From NCBI RefSeq assembly GCF_026571515.1, contig NW_026862321.1, positions 1 through 64,000 on the forward strand: a stretch of DNA of 64,000 bases. The letters are read 5' to 3'. The notes under the pieces are model-generated. The model was not told where the DNA came from. It searched no databases and saw only the letters and a program-made list of their open reading frames with translations. Source of the stretch: Ruditapes philippinarum (taxonomy: Eukaryota). Positions 1 to 12,800 of this stretch are shown piece by piece; position 1 is the first letter of the stretch; each line of letters opens with the position of its first letter. Both the position numbers and the translations under genes were made by a program.

Positions 1-3000
1 TGGGTGAAAAAAAAATCATGTAAAATTTTAAATGAAAATTGAATTTTCCTGTTTATTATATATTTTTTTCCTCATTTTGCCTATGAGTAGGGAAAAGTTT
101 TTCCCCTTTTTTTTTTTTTTTATTAAACTTAATTTTTGAATAAAGTTGTCCCCCATGACACCCGTTTAAAAGTACGGAAAATCCATGAAAAAAAAATTTT
201 TTAAGTGGGAAAAAATGGAAAAAAAAAAATACGGGGGTTTTTTTTTTCATCAATATTTTTTCCAAAATTTTCATTCATAATTTTATAATAATAATAAAAA
301 TAATAAATTTCCCCCATTTTTTATAGCCCCCCTTTTCATTAAAAAAGTTTTAAAGGGGCTTAAAATAATTTATATATGTCAAAACAATATTAGAAAATTA
401 AAAATATTTTGCCAAATTAAAATAATTAAAAAATAAAATTTTTGGAAAATTTTTTTTTACATATTTTAATTTCAATATAAAATTAAAGATCCTTAAAACC
501 CCTTTACCCAAAATTTTTGTCATACATTAAAATTGTCTTCAATAATAAAAAAGTGTAAAAAATAATGTCCCCTTTTTAAAATAAAACTATAAATAAATTT
601 AAAAGCTACTTTTTAAAAGCATATTGTTTATTTTCATTGTTTTTTGTATATTTACAACAAAAAAAATATTTAACGATTGATAAAAAAAAGAATACCCGCC
701 GGGCAACCAGACTAAAAGAAAAATTGAACCCCAAAGAAAACCGGAAAGCATGAGTAAAATGCCAAAACCAAAAGGGCCAGGGACCCCAGGGAGTCAGGGG
801 TTAACCCCCCCACAGGGATGGCCCGACCCCCAGGATGACATCACTTTCTATCACCCAAGGGGGAAAGGGCCCCGGCCCCCCCACCCTAAAACTAAATTAA
901 AATTTTTGAAAACTGACCCTCTGCATTTACGATCCCTAATTTTTATAAAACAATGTAAAAAATTTTTATGAATAAAAACAATTTAGTTTTTTTTGTTTTT
1001 TTTTTTTTTAAAAAAAAAAATATTTTTGCCCTTAAAAAAAAGCCCAGAAAAGGGGTTTATAATAATAATAAAATCTTGCCCAAAAACATCGTTTTAAAAA
1101 ATAGAAATACCCAAATTTATTTTTAAAAAAAGTTTTTTAAAAAAAAAAATTTTAATAAAATAATATTCAAATAACAGATACTTCCCTATTCAAAGTTTAT
1201 AAAATTCATTTATAACAGGCACTTTATTATTTTTCCCTAACTAAAAATTTAAGTAGTGTGTTTTAAAAATGTTTTTTTTAAAAATTTCTACTGGGTTTCA
1301 GTTTTTTAGATGACTTGGGAGTTGAATTTCCCTAGCTTAGGGGCTTTATGCCCGAAAAAATCCTTTCCCCCAAATTTCAAATTTAGTTTTTTGGGTTTCC
1401 AAATAATGCAAGGGGATTTTGAAGAAACGCAGATTTCGGGGGAAATGGAATAAAAATTTAATCATTTTTCCCGCCCTATTTTATAAGATTGTTTTTTTCC
1501 CGTGACTTTAAATATTTTAAAAAGATCTTTTAATTACTCTATATTTCGATTTTACAGCCAATGAAGATTTTTTCTCCTGGGGGTAATAGATCTTTCCCAG
1601 AAAACGTTTAATCACCCCGGGCCCAAGTATTTTGGGAAAAAGGGGTTGAAGTTTTTTCATGGTTTTTTGAGTTTTACCAATAGAAGAGCATTGAATAATC
1701 CAGTCTTGATGTCACAGGAAGGGTTTAAAGAGTGTTTTTTTAAACTTTTTCGTTGATAATTTTTTGAATACGTCCTATTTACCCTTTTTTGGGGATACGA
1801 AAATCGCACACGGGGCCCAAAAAATGATGTTCCCAAATTTTAAAACCCCTTTAATCAAGGAAAGCACCCAAATTTCCCTTTCACTTGTGACTGTTTGATT
1901 TCACCTTTTCCCCATTGACAGTTAAAATTTTTTTAAATGATTTGTATTGCCCACCCGACAAAAAACTATAAAGTTTGTTTTTTTCTGAATTCCCGTTTGG
2001 AAATTTTCGTTTTATTTCCCGAAGTTTTTTCTTTTAAAACAGTTTTGGGGGACAGAATCAAGTTTCAAAGTTTAGTTTTTTGGGGTTGTCCAACGGTTTG
2101 AAAAAAAATTAATTTGAGAACGTCAGATAGAATTTACATTTCAGAAACCCTTTTTTTCGACAAATTTCGCCCCACAGGTTTTTTTGAAAAATAGGGAAAA
2201 TTTTGGGTCCCCAAAAAACAACCCCGAGGGACACTGGGATGTTTATATGCCAGGGGCAGATATTCTCCCTCAATAAAAAAACAGTCTGAAAAGCGAACCC
2301 CTGAAAATAAAAAATTTCACCCAAGCCCAACACTTTTCCCGTAAAAAAACCCAAAACCATTCGGTCGATTAAGAAGAAGGGTTTTGGGCAAAACGTGGGC
2401 AAAAGGCCCGCAGATAAATCGAGCATTACTAATATTGTACCTTTTGCCTTTTTTCAAGAAATTGGGGAATGTATTTTGGCCCTTTGGAAAAAGTGCAGTT
2501 TCTTTTGGAAAGGGAAATTTTTCCCGTATGCCCCGATTATTTGGTTTTATGTAGGGTTGTTAAATGTGAGAAAAAATATCAAAAATGACATCCCGCCCCC
2601 AGATTTTAGAATTTTGATCATAATGTTTATTACAATTGGGCTAAAAATTTTTTAAATTTTTTGGATCCAAATTGTTTTTTTTAAAAAAGTGGGCTGATTA
2701 AACGAAGTTTTTATTGCGTGGGGTACGTGGCGGTTTTTAAAATTTATAAGTTTAACTGTGGGGTTAGATATGGTGAAAATTTAAGGTTTTCATTCTTTTT
2801 TGGGAAACCCCAATCCGGGATCGGATCTAGTTCCCCATGATTTATAATGAAATTTTAAATTGAGGTTAAGGAAATTGCTCTTTTGTAATAAAAATTCAAA
2901 ATTTATGAATTTTTCTTTAGGGTTTTTTTATTTGAGTTGGGAAATTTGATTCATTTTTTTATTTAAAAAAATTTATTTTTTAAAAAGTTTTGTCAGAAAC

Positions 3001-5420
3001 TGATTTTTTAATTTTGTTTTTAAAAAAAATCACTAAAAATTTTAGCCCAGTTTTTAGCAGAAGTGTGTGTGGGAGCTTAACTTCAGGTTTTTTTTCCGAG
3101 GAAATGATTTGTTTTCTTTGAAAATTTTTTTTGATCATTACCCCAACCCATTTTTTTGGTTTTCCCTTTTTAATAAAAATTTTGCGAGATCTTTCAAAAT
3201 TTCATCATTTACAACTAAACACTGGGCTTTTTAATTCATTTATCCCACGTTAATTTTGGGTTCCCGCCCCTTTTTTTTCAAGTTTTTCGTTTAAAAGGTT
3301 TTTCCCTCATGTTTTTTCTTTATTTTAACCCCCGGGGATTGGGGCTGAGAACAATTTTTTTTTTTTCTCAATGGGGTTTGTCAAAAAAGATAAAGGAAAA
3401 ATTTTGATATTTCTTTTTATTTCCTTTTTGCCATGCTGTCTGGTTTAGGACCAAAAAATTTAGATAATTTTAATATCTCTTTTTCAATCTTCCCAAAGTT
3501 TAATCACGAGATTTTTTGTATGTGCACTGTTTTAAAACCAATAGGGGGGGTTTCCCAAACATTAACCCTTTTATTAGGGTAGCAAAATGGTCACGTGTTA
3601 CTTTTTTCCGTTTGAAGTTTTAAAACCCGGGTCAGTTTTTTTTAATATAAATACCACATTTTTCCCTTTTTTTTGGGTTTTTGACTACATTTAAAAAAGT
3701 TTTTCCCCTACATGGTCGGTTCAAATTTACTAAAATTTTTAAACCAAAGTGTTTAGGATGGGTAAGAAAAATTTTTGCGCATCACGATTAAAAGTTTATC
3801 AATGTGAAAGTTTTTTATCTCCTAGAAACACTGTGGTTTTTGTCATTTCAGCATATTTTTGACAGAAAATCAGGAAAACTATTTTTCAAGAATTTTTTAA
3901 GTAAATTTTGGCCTTCGTTTTGGATGGGGGGAGGGCTATTTTAAAAAAAAAACCCCCCAAAGGGGGGTTTTAAAAATCACCAACACTAAAGATTTCAGTA
4001 AAGAAAATTTGAATTGTTTTTAAAGTCTCCCCTCTCTTTTCTTTACGGTTTAATTTTTATTTTTTTTGAGGTCCTTTTGAAAATGGGAAAACCACCACCT
4101 TTTCTCTTTAATCCCCAGGAAAAATGAGAGATTTTATTAAACCCTTAGGGCCCAAATTCACTAAGACACACTTTGTCTACTTTACTCCAAGCCAGGTTTT
4201 CCCGTTTTTAAAAACATGTCCCAAGGGCATTTGGAAAAAAATAAAGCATAGATGGGCCCAACGTTTTGTTTTAAACCCATCTGCAGTTTAAACAAAAAAT
4301 ATTTAAAATATAGTTTTTAACCACTGATGTAGTGTTAGAAAAGGTTTAAATTGAATCAAATTTTCCTTTAAAAACTTTCTCCCCGGTTTTAAGTTCAACC
4401 CCCTTAAATTTCTGTTTTTATTCAACGTTAAAGGGTTTTAATTTGATTAAGTTTTTTTTCAGATTATTTTAAAGGGAATTTCCTTTTATTTGATCCCCCT
4501 TCTCTTCTTTTTAAAAAAATTTTTTCCACCCCTTTTGGGAAATTTTTAAAATTGAAAAAGGGTTTTAACCTTTTAAAATTTTAATTGGGGAAACATTAAA
4601 TTAAACCATGTTGTCTAATAATAAAATTTTAAAGCTTTGAAAATAAACATTTTCCCTTTTTCATTCGAAACCAAAAGAATTGGTGGGGGGGGGGTGTGGG
4701 ATAAGCAAAGAAGAAAAATTTTCTGATTGATTGATTGAGTGTTTGGGTTGATTGATTTTTTTTAGACCGGGCGGTCAATGATAAACCACGAAAAATGCCA
4801 AACAAATTTATTTCCCGTAGGGTCTTTTTCCTGAAACAGGGCTCTAATACACTATAGATTTCAAAAGGGGGTTTGGGAACCAGTCCCCAGGGTTTAATTG
4901 AAGAAAATTCTTTTTCTTTTACATTTCCCAGTGTAAGGGACTGATAAATGCGAAATTACCTGGGTTTTACCAGTTTTAACCCCTTAGGGTTTGGTTTTAA
5001 ACAACACTGGAAAGGGTTTTGAAAAAATTTTTCCCAAAATTTTTTTTCCTTTTGGGAAAAACAAAAACCCGGGAAATTTTAGGCAGTGGGGGCAGGGGTT
5101 CAGTTTTGGTTTTTAAAACCCAAAAATGAAAACTTTTTTCGCGCCAAAATTTTTTTTTAAGTTTTAAAAAATTGATGAAAAAAACCAAGAACAATATATT
5201 TTTTGAAAAACCCTTTTTAAAATTTTTTTACCACAAAAAAATTTAAAAAAAATTGTTATTCAAAGGAAGGGAAATAAGGGGGGGGGGGGGGGTTTTTTTT
5301 TTTCCGGGAAACAGGGAATAATTTTCCGGGTTTTTTTCCCCCTTTAAAATTTTAATTTTGCCCCCAATTTTAATTTGCGCCCTATTATTTCATTTTAATT
5401 AAAAACCTAATAAAGGGGAA
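1..5420. other. Low-quality or unpolished consensus block (pervasive homopolymer expansion)
   Basis: Dense A/T/G/C runs, with an abrupt return to normal texture at about 5420. The embedded LINE motifs are intact except for run-length changes. Confidence 0.8.
1240..4300 (-). mobile_element. L2/CR1-group LINE ORF2 (AP endonuclease + reverse transcriptase), frameshifted by homopolymer errors
   Basis: Motifs readable in order on the minus strand despite indels: TETWL (~4200), KGGG (~4095), YRPP (~3930), LGD.NFHID (~3810), EPTH (~3715), DHFA (~3585), ELDPIP (~2825), QSAYR (~2530), ILVMLDLSA (~2420), VPQG..LGP (~2230), FY.D(D)SQ (~2125), VTSRLDY.NALL (~1700), QNT.ARVI / LHWL (~1560-1630), APKL.N (~1340), KTHYF (~1255). 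Confidence 0.8.
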
Positions 5421-5589
5421 ATATTGTATGGACTATTGTATTTTATCCTGATCAAAATAAGTGGATTTATTTCATCCAAAAACTTTCGATTTTAAGACAC
5501 AAATGCAAAATATTGGAGCCCGTGGTATGACAAAAATAACCTGATAGGAATTTTTATCAGGCAAAACCCACTTTATAACATGTGATTAC

Positions 5590-5720
5590 CTCTTTTGTCA
5601 GTGATTTTATCTTGAACTTTAATGATATATAACTGCATAACTTGCTATATAATAAAGGAGAACTACTTTTGAGAACATACAGGGTTTGTTCTACCATATT
5701 TGGCAAACCTTTGGTCATTT
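5590..5720 (-). CDS. Candidate further coding exon (same or neighbouring gene)
   Basis: tctttttttttaaaag|(x)MTKGLPNMVEQTLYVLKSSSPLLYSKLCSYISLKFKIKSLTKE|gtaatc. 131 bp, phase 1 to 0, compatible with a phase-1 upstream donor. Confidence 0.4.
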
Positions 5721-5825
5721 CTTTTAAAAAAAAAGACTTCAAAAATAAATAAAGAAAAAAAACTTTGACAAAAGTTATCCTCTCTCACTGACCACTCTTA
5801 TACCAGGCAATCACTTAACAGGATG

Positions 5826-6400
5826 TGATAATATACAAATATGGACTTTTTAGCTGTTGAATATTATGTGATATGTACTGGAAAAATTAATATTGACCGA
5901 GGCGATAGCCGAGGTCAATATTAATTTTTCAGTACATATCACATCATATTCAACAGCTAAAAAGTATATATCTGTTTTATTATATGATCTATAAATAGCT
6001 TTTATATTGCTTATCACATCTGCCATTGCATACGACGGAAATCATTGTTTTTCAGCTTGTCTACTGTTCCATAATTTGGCCCTTTCCATTGCATGCTAAT
6101 CCCTGTTTTTCTCTAAAATGAAAAGGGTAACTAAAATAGACGAAATTTGACTCTTATGTACACCCATCATAATAATAACAACAAACTTTTTGGCGTGACA
6201 TCACGTCAAAGTCTCGCGTCTTTTAGGGATTTCAGAAATCTATTTTTAGAAGAACAACCGGTGAATATACTCTGAAAATCTATTTTTAGAAAAAAAACAG
6301 TGAATATACTCTGATATTGACCTGTTATTTTTTTACAAAAAGTTGCTTGTTATCCAATCAGGGAAAGGCATTTCAAAGCTATTTATAGATTATATAATAA
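5826..6400. mobile_element. Non-autonomous element: ~160 bp terminal hairpin plus body bounded by ~23 bp inverted repeats (possibly Crypton-like)
   Basis: Hairpin 5826-5984 with core gacc-GA-ggc-gata-gcc-GA-ggtc. Body IR ttattatatgatctataaatagc (5977) / gctatttatagattatataataa (6378-6400). Internal ~38 bp tandem duplication at 6236-6315. Confidence 0.65.
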
Positions 6401-7101
6401 CGACTTATATCCTTTCAATACATTATTTATATACTCTATATAAATTATTAACTACATGTTGGATCGAATATTCAAATAAATCTTATATGTAATGTATTCA
6501 TATTTGACAGGTCAATAAACTCAGACTATAAAAGTATTTCGACCACGTGATTTGATATGTAAAACACAGAGTGTAATCTTTGATAAAGTATATATAATAT
6601 AAATATTTGACATTCAAAAAAAGTCTGTTTCGGTACAATTTTGATTGAAAATGACTGACAACCATGTTAAAATCAAATTATATTAACATACTGGACCCTA
6701 TGTCAACAGGTTGGCATTTTGTACATTCGATTTCTTAAAACATAAGCTTAATAATGCATTGTTAAATTTTATATCTATGAATTTACTAAATTGTGGTAGA
6801 CTTATACTTGATATATTGGGAGAAAAAAGAACTAAGTCATCAACTCCCAGCATTGAATTGCTATTTACATGGTTAGTTAATTGCTAGGTTAGACTGATTT
6901 ACCATATATACATACTATTAAAGAATGATAAATGATGTGTTTTAAAGTAGGCAAATATTCAATTACCAATTTTTATGGCCAAACACGATCACATATTTTC
7001 GGCCCTTTCCATAAGGACCTCGGACACAATTGAATATTATGTCAGAGGGACATTAAACTGGCTTATTGAATATTTGTCTACTTTAAAACACATCATCTAT
7101 C

Positions 7102-8030
7102 GAGTCACCGTACCTGTGCTCGACCAGTCCATTGCTCGACCAATACTTCTTAATTGAAAAAAACCCTCGGAGTTTGTGTGTGCTATTTATAGCTGACATT
7201 TAACATCTACACCACGTACAAGTTAGAACTTGACAATTTTGCAGACGATAATAAACAGTACAAAAATACATGTCTATAATAAAAGTTGCAGTAAAAAACT
7301 ATTAAAAGGACTGAAATAATGATAATTTAGGGCAAATTGGGAGAATGCTTTGTTAAATGTCCTTTGCTCTTATGTTTTTTTATTGAGTTTCATGGGAAAG
7401 ACCCCCACAAATAATCAAAACCCGGCTTCCCATACAAGGCAATGGCTATGAACATGTAAACAGATATGGCAGCTGTCCGGTTACAAATAGGGAACACACC
7501 ACTAAAAGGGCAGACCAACTGTATATTACATCAAGTGTCACACTTTACTATGTTTGCAGTGATAGAATATGAGAATAAGTAATCTCAAACTCCCCAGTAA
7601 AAAAGCAAAAAGGAAAAAAAAACCTCTTTAAATCACTCAATTTGTCAATGTCTAACATTTCCTTCCTATCATAGTTATCTCATATTTACATCCATACTCA
7701 CTAAAACATAAATGTTCCAAAATAGATTTGAAATAAAATTGTTAAACACAAAAAGTCATATCTGTTTTTTCAAAAATAAAAGTTCTGATAAAAATAAAAC
7801 AACCTGGTCGAGCACTGGTTACGTTGCTTGAAAAATATAGTGGTTTTAGGCCCTATGTACAACTCCTTGGTAAATGGTATCCTAATCTGTATCATTAAAA
7901 CGCTTTTGTTTATAATGAGTTTTGAAGGCTAAGCTTTGTAACAAAAATAAGTTTCCGAGCAATCTTTTTGTTTTGAAAGAGTTTTTATGTGATTTTGTGA
8001 AATACTGGTTGAGCACTGGTCCGGTGACTC
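7102..8030. mobile_element. Non-autonomous TIR DNA transposon (~930 bp)
   Basis: Left gagtcaccgtacctgtgctcgaccagt versus right actggttgagcactggtccggtgactc; extra internal copies of the tgctcgacca motif at ~7132 and ~7805. Confidence 0.7.
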
Positions 8031-9271
8031 TAACATATTTCATGTTTATCCTTCATTATCTGATATTTGACAGTTTTCATGCATAATATTAAATGTAAAA
8101 ATATGAAATGTTAAATAACTTTTTTCACGGCTAATTATTAAACTCAAGCCACCTGCATGTTTGAACTCAAGCTCACTAGACTTTGGTTTTTCAGCGTATA
8201 ACTCAGCTTTCAAATATAAATGAGTGGAAAATATCTAATCAAAACCGTTAATAACAGTGAACTATAATTATACATGTATAACATCATATAATATATATAA
8301 GTCACCAATAATTTGAAATAAAATAAAACAATAAATTGTCGTCTGCTATCACTTCCGTGACAAGATAACATATTGTAAAGACATTTTTTAAAACATTCGA
8401 AATATAGAATAAATACATTTCCAATAAATCAAAATCTTACCATTCTATCACTACTTCTAAAGAATTTGCATCAAAAGCAAAAACAAACAAAAACGAAAAG
8501 TGTTTTACAAAAATGTTCCATCTCTGGTGAATATACCCGGACAACTGAAACAAACATTATATATCTATAAATAGAAATTTATTACTTTTTGACAAGCATA
8601 GCCAACCAGGGGAGGAGCCAGGATTAAAGGTAAGACAGTGCATATTATCACGGGGGAGGAACGGTTACACGAAGGGTGGAGTAATTACAATAACAGTTGT
8701 CACGGAGTTTATGGAACTTTTCATATGTGATCTTCTTCGTTGCCATACCTTATTACCTAATTATAATGGAAAGTTGCAAATGTAATGCCCAGGCTTATAG
8801 ATTACACGATTTTCTAAATGTCACGGCCGGAGTTCTTGCGATAACTCTGAAAATGTCCTAGAGTTCTTATGATAACTTTTGTTACTGCCAGTATGTTTCA
8901 AGATTGTGCAATGTTACGGCACGTTTTAGTTATTTTATTTGTCAATAAGTGTGTAAATCATAATGAAGCGTAAAGTACGTAGAACGCTTATCATTTGCAC
9001 AAGCATTTGGTTATATAATGTTGGTTTTGGTTGAACTTCAGTTCAAGAGATAGGTTTTCTTATCTCCGTTTCTTTTTTTTCAATTTATAGAATTTTTTGC
9101 TAACACATGTTTTGTAGACTATAAAAAAGGCTAAATATAGAAGATTAACTTACAAGATAAAAATATGCTTTGAATTCAATACTGGCAGTTTAAGAGAACA
9201 TTAAGTTACAATATGTTATTGATCTGTCGAAACAAATTGCATGTAAATGGTTTGCAGCAAAATATGAAGTA

Positions 9272-9635
9272 GTACCTGCCTATATACCTACCCACCTGCA
9301 TGCCTACCTACCTGACTTCCTACCTGTATGACTACCTACCTGCATGCCTACCTACCTGACTGCATATCTGCCTGCCTACCTGACTGCACACCTGCCTACC
9401 CACATACCTACCTGCCTGCCTACCTACCTGACTGCCAATCTGCTTGCCTGCCTGCCTACCTATCTAACTACTTGTTTACCTGACTGACTGCCTACCTACC
9501 TGCCTGTCCACCTACCTACCTGCCTGCCTGCCTACCTAACCGCCTGTCTGCCTGTCTGCCTTCCTACCTACCTACCTACCTACGTGCCTTCCTACCTACT
9601 TACCTACCTGACTGCCTATACCTACTTTCCACCTA
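9272..9635. repeat. Compound (CCTA/CCTG)n microsatellite
   Basis: Directly visible tetranucleotide array. Confidence 0.95.
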
Positions 9636-9671
9636 AGCCCCCGTACCGGTAACAAATATGCTCCTTCAGCA

Positions 9672-9900
9672 TAATCTTTATATATTATATACTTAATTCA
9701 AACAAACCGAGAAGGAAGTGACGTTATGTCAGTGAGCGACGCCCGTCATGTCATTGTATGTTGTCGTCTGCATCATTCGTTTATTCGTTATTCACTTAAT
9801 CTTTATATACTTAATTAAAACAAACCAAAAAGGAAGTGACGTTATGTCAGTGAGCGACGCCCGTCATGACGTTGTATGTCGTCTTCCGCGTTATTCGTTA
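9672..9900. repeat. ~119 bp tandem duplication
   Basis: aggaagtgacgttatgtcagtgagcgacgcccgtcatg occurs at ~9712 and ~9831 with shared flanks. Confidence 0.9.
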
Positions 9901-10633
9901 GTGTTAACTCCATTAGGTCGATATGCTTTTTTAACATATTTTTCACAGATTTTCGATTGTTTTGTTTTAATTGCCCGGTCCCGTACAGTGACTGTTTTCG
10001 TGCACTGCAGATATTACATGAGAGTAATTGATAAAAAGCAAGAGTTATATATCACTTTAAGGTGAAAACTGCCTCAAATAAGAAAACAAAAGAAAAAGGC
10101 CGTGTGACCGGCGTGACTGTCTTAAAAACGACTCATTATACAGTTACCTTAGTAACGTAAAACCGGCGCGCGACAAAAAATTGGGTAAGTTCATTTATGT
10201 GATGCATCACAGTATCCTTTAAGCACTACACATAAACGTCAAAATTCAGGGAAACTGTGTTTACGTATTCCTGACGTCACTAGAAAATATGACGTCATTT
10301 GCCCTATTGTTACTTTTCCGTGTGGTCGTCAGAGAGTTGACGTTAAATTGGCATTAGGGTCTAGTATTTTTGTAATCTTTTTTTTAAACCAATAAAACTA
10401 TTAAATGGCGCCGTAACTCTTTATAAGTAGTGTTCATAATTTAGTTTGTTACACAACTGGTACTCTACTTTCCTATGATTATATTTTTCAACACATCAAA
10501 ATACAGCTGAAGGGATGGATGTTCAAAACACTTCATGATCTTCAAAATGCAGTGGTCTGAATCATTTGTACAATTCCAAGTGATCTTTACAGGGTTTAAC
10601 GCGCGCCATTGCAGCTGTGATTGTACCATAATT

Positions 10634-10898
10634 ATAGAGGATACTGAATGAGTGTAAGTTCAATACTGAATTTATTGCACGAGTTAAATAAAATTATATT
10701 ATGCGAGCCTCTGGCGAAAATAAAGACCGTTTAAAGTGAAATAAGTCATTTTTCATTGACGCGCCTATATTATATAAAGCGAACATTTAGCGCGTCTTTA
10801 TGTTTGTATAACGCTAATGACGTCACGTCAATATATATACACGGCCGTGCAATACCATATTTACGGAGTCGCAAAATCGGCACGGGTGTGTGATAAAA
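10634..10898. mobile_element. Truncated hairpin-type element (right hairpin arm deleted)
   Basis: Core atgc-GA-gcc-tct-ggc-GA at ~10701; the same left arm (ttcaatactgaa.ttattg...gagcctct) recurs at ~51974-52029. Confidence 0.45.
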
Positions 10899-10901
10899 TC
10901 T

Positions 10902-11571
10902 TTTAATACACTTGTTACTATATATAGTAACAAAATTGCCTATGATTTCAACTGATTATGAGTGTCACGTGACCTATTATAAGTTTGCGGCCCGGGGCCG
11001 AGAACTAGTTATCAGCCCGCAGAACATGTGCACGTGCACAAACTGAAACAATGACGTCACTTTTAACGTCATCAAACAGTTAACTGTAAAAGTGAAAGTA
11101 GGCTGTCAGCACGAATCGCTTTATTTTTATTATGAGACCTTAAGCGTATTAAGTACAAACACATTTTTGTTAGAATATCTACCTACTATTGAAATTTGAA
11201 GAAATAATACGACAAATTCATTCCGAAAAAAAAAGAAAATAAAACTTGCTTCTTGGTTCTACTGCTTTGAACACACAAACAGAAAACATCTCTGTACTGT
11301 ACAGAACAGTAGAAGAGTAGACAAGAATTTCAACGAAAGAACTTCAAAGTCTATTTGTTTTTAGTATGTTTTTGTTATTTTTTTGTTGTTGTTTTTAAAT
11401 GCTACTATTAGATCTACCAAGTGTATTAAAGACTTTAATACACGTCAGCGTAGGGCCGGAAGGTGATAATCGGCCCTGAATGAATAATGGCCCTCGGGCT
11501 AAAGCCCTCGGGTCCATTATTCATTTTGCGGGCCGATTATCACCTTCCGGCCCTCTCCTGCCGTGTATTAA
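10902..11571. mobile_element. Non-autonomous element: IR-bounded body plus 137 bp terminal hairpin (possibly Crypton-like)
   Basis: Body IR tttaatacacttg (10902) / caagtgtattaaa (11418-11430). Hairpin 11435-11571 begins ttaatacacg and ends cgtgtattaa; core ccc-TC-gggc-taaa-gccc-TC-ggg. Confidence 0.7.
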
Positions 11572-11716
11572 CCTCTTATTATTGCTTGTAAAGTGGCATT
11601 TCCTTTTTATGTCATAATTTGTTTTACTGTCAGAAGAGGAAAGATTGATGCAAAGTATCTACATGTGCACAAATATATTGGACAACCCTCGTATATTTTA
11701 GACAGTTTATATTTTA

Positions 11717-11889
11717 NNNNNNNNNNNNNNNNNNNNNNNNNNNNNNNNNNNNNNNNNNNNNNNNNNNNNNNNNNNNNNNNNNNNNNNNNNNNNNNNNNNN
11801 NNNNNNNNNNNNNNNNNNNNNNNNNNNNNNNNNNNNNNNNNNNNNNNNNNNNNNNNNNNNNNNNNNNNNNNNNNNNNNNNNNNNNNNNN
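11717..11889. other. Assembly gap (173 N)
   Basis: Run of n. Confidence 1.
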
Positions 11890-12544
11890 AATTGCCATCT
11901 AATAGTCGATATTTTAAAAAATATAACTAATTCACCTCTACTTGACAACAAAAAGTTACTTTTACACATTATGGATCTCCGTAAGAAAAAAATATTTTAT
12001 ATTGATGTATACATCTTTTAAACCCCAACTATTTCTCGTTTAACAATTTTTTAGCATGACATATTTTCATTTATTGGAAGCTCATTTTATTCTAGCAGAG
12101 ATGCTGCTGAATTTTCCTGTAATTTATTGATACAAGACATTAGTAAACTTGTATATCAAGTTACATTCTATTAAAATAATTTCATGTCTTCAGTTATAAT
12201 GTTTCGGCAGGACCTTTGAAGAAATCGTATGTACATTAAAAAACAAAAACCACCGCCTAGCGGGAATCACACTCGAAATTTTCTTACTCATCGGAGGACA
12301 AAGTAAGGAATACTCCAACAAAACATTAACAACAACATATTGTTACGGACTGGAACGGGAACGGAAAACAGAGAACATGCATGGTCTTTATAGACAAATT
12401 TAGGTATTTATCGGAAATCACATTTTTTAATGAAGGTTTCTCAAAAAGTGGGTGGTCTTAAATCGGCGCTTGTTTCTTACAAAGGTTTGAATGTATGACA
12501 ATTATGGAAAGCTACATGCCTAGCGTATTTAAGTAAAATCTTAC

Positions 12545-12619
12545 TTGTTTTCATCCAGTGATAACGTGTCCAATCAAAAAACCTCTGAAAAATGTTTCCC
12601 TTCTTCTGCCTTGTTTCAT
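12545..12619 (-). CDS. Candidate coding exon 5 of the same gene
   Basis: ttatccttcag|(D)ETRQKKGNIFQRFFDWTRYHWMKT A|gtaaga. 75 bp, phase 1-1, open in the phase required by exon 4. Lies 8.7 kb downstream, so linkage is inferred. Confidence 0.5.
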
Positions 12620-12686
12620 CTGAAGGATAATTGAAACATTAACAATTTAATCAAATCTGTTATAATAATTATGATACATACTTTCC

Positions 12687-12800
12687 ATGATGATAACAGT
12701 AACCATAAAAGTGTGATGTATGGTAACAGTTATCATTTAAGTGTCCTGTATGATAACAGTTACCATTAATTTGTCCTGTATGACAACAGTTACCAATAAG
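12687..12800. repeat. 30 bp minisatellite, about 4 copies
   Basis: gtatgataacagttacca-like unit repeated at a 30 bp period. Confidence 0.85.

Noticed and set aside
56-5194. K/F/G/P-rich track ORFs in the first 5 kb
   Set aside because: Products of homopolymer-inflated sequence; only fragments such as MLDLSA reflect the underlying LINE.
11593-12021. Track ORFs of 142, 120 and 63 aa
   Set aside because: Open only because they span the N gap.
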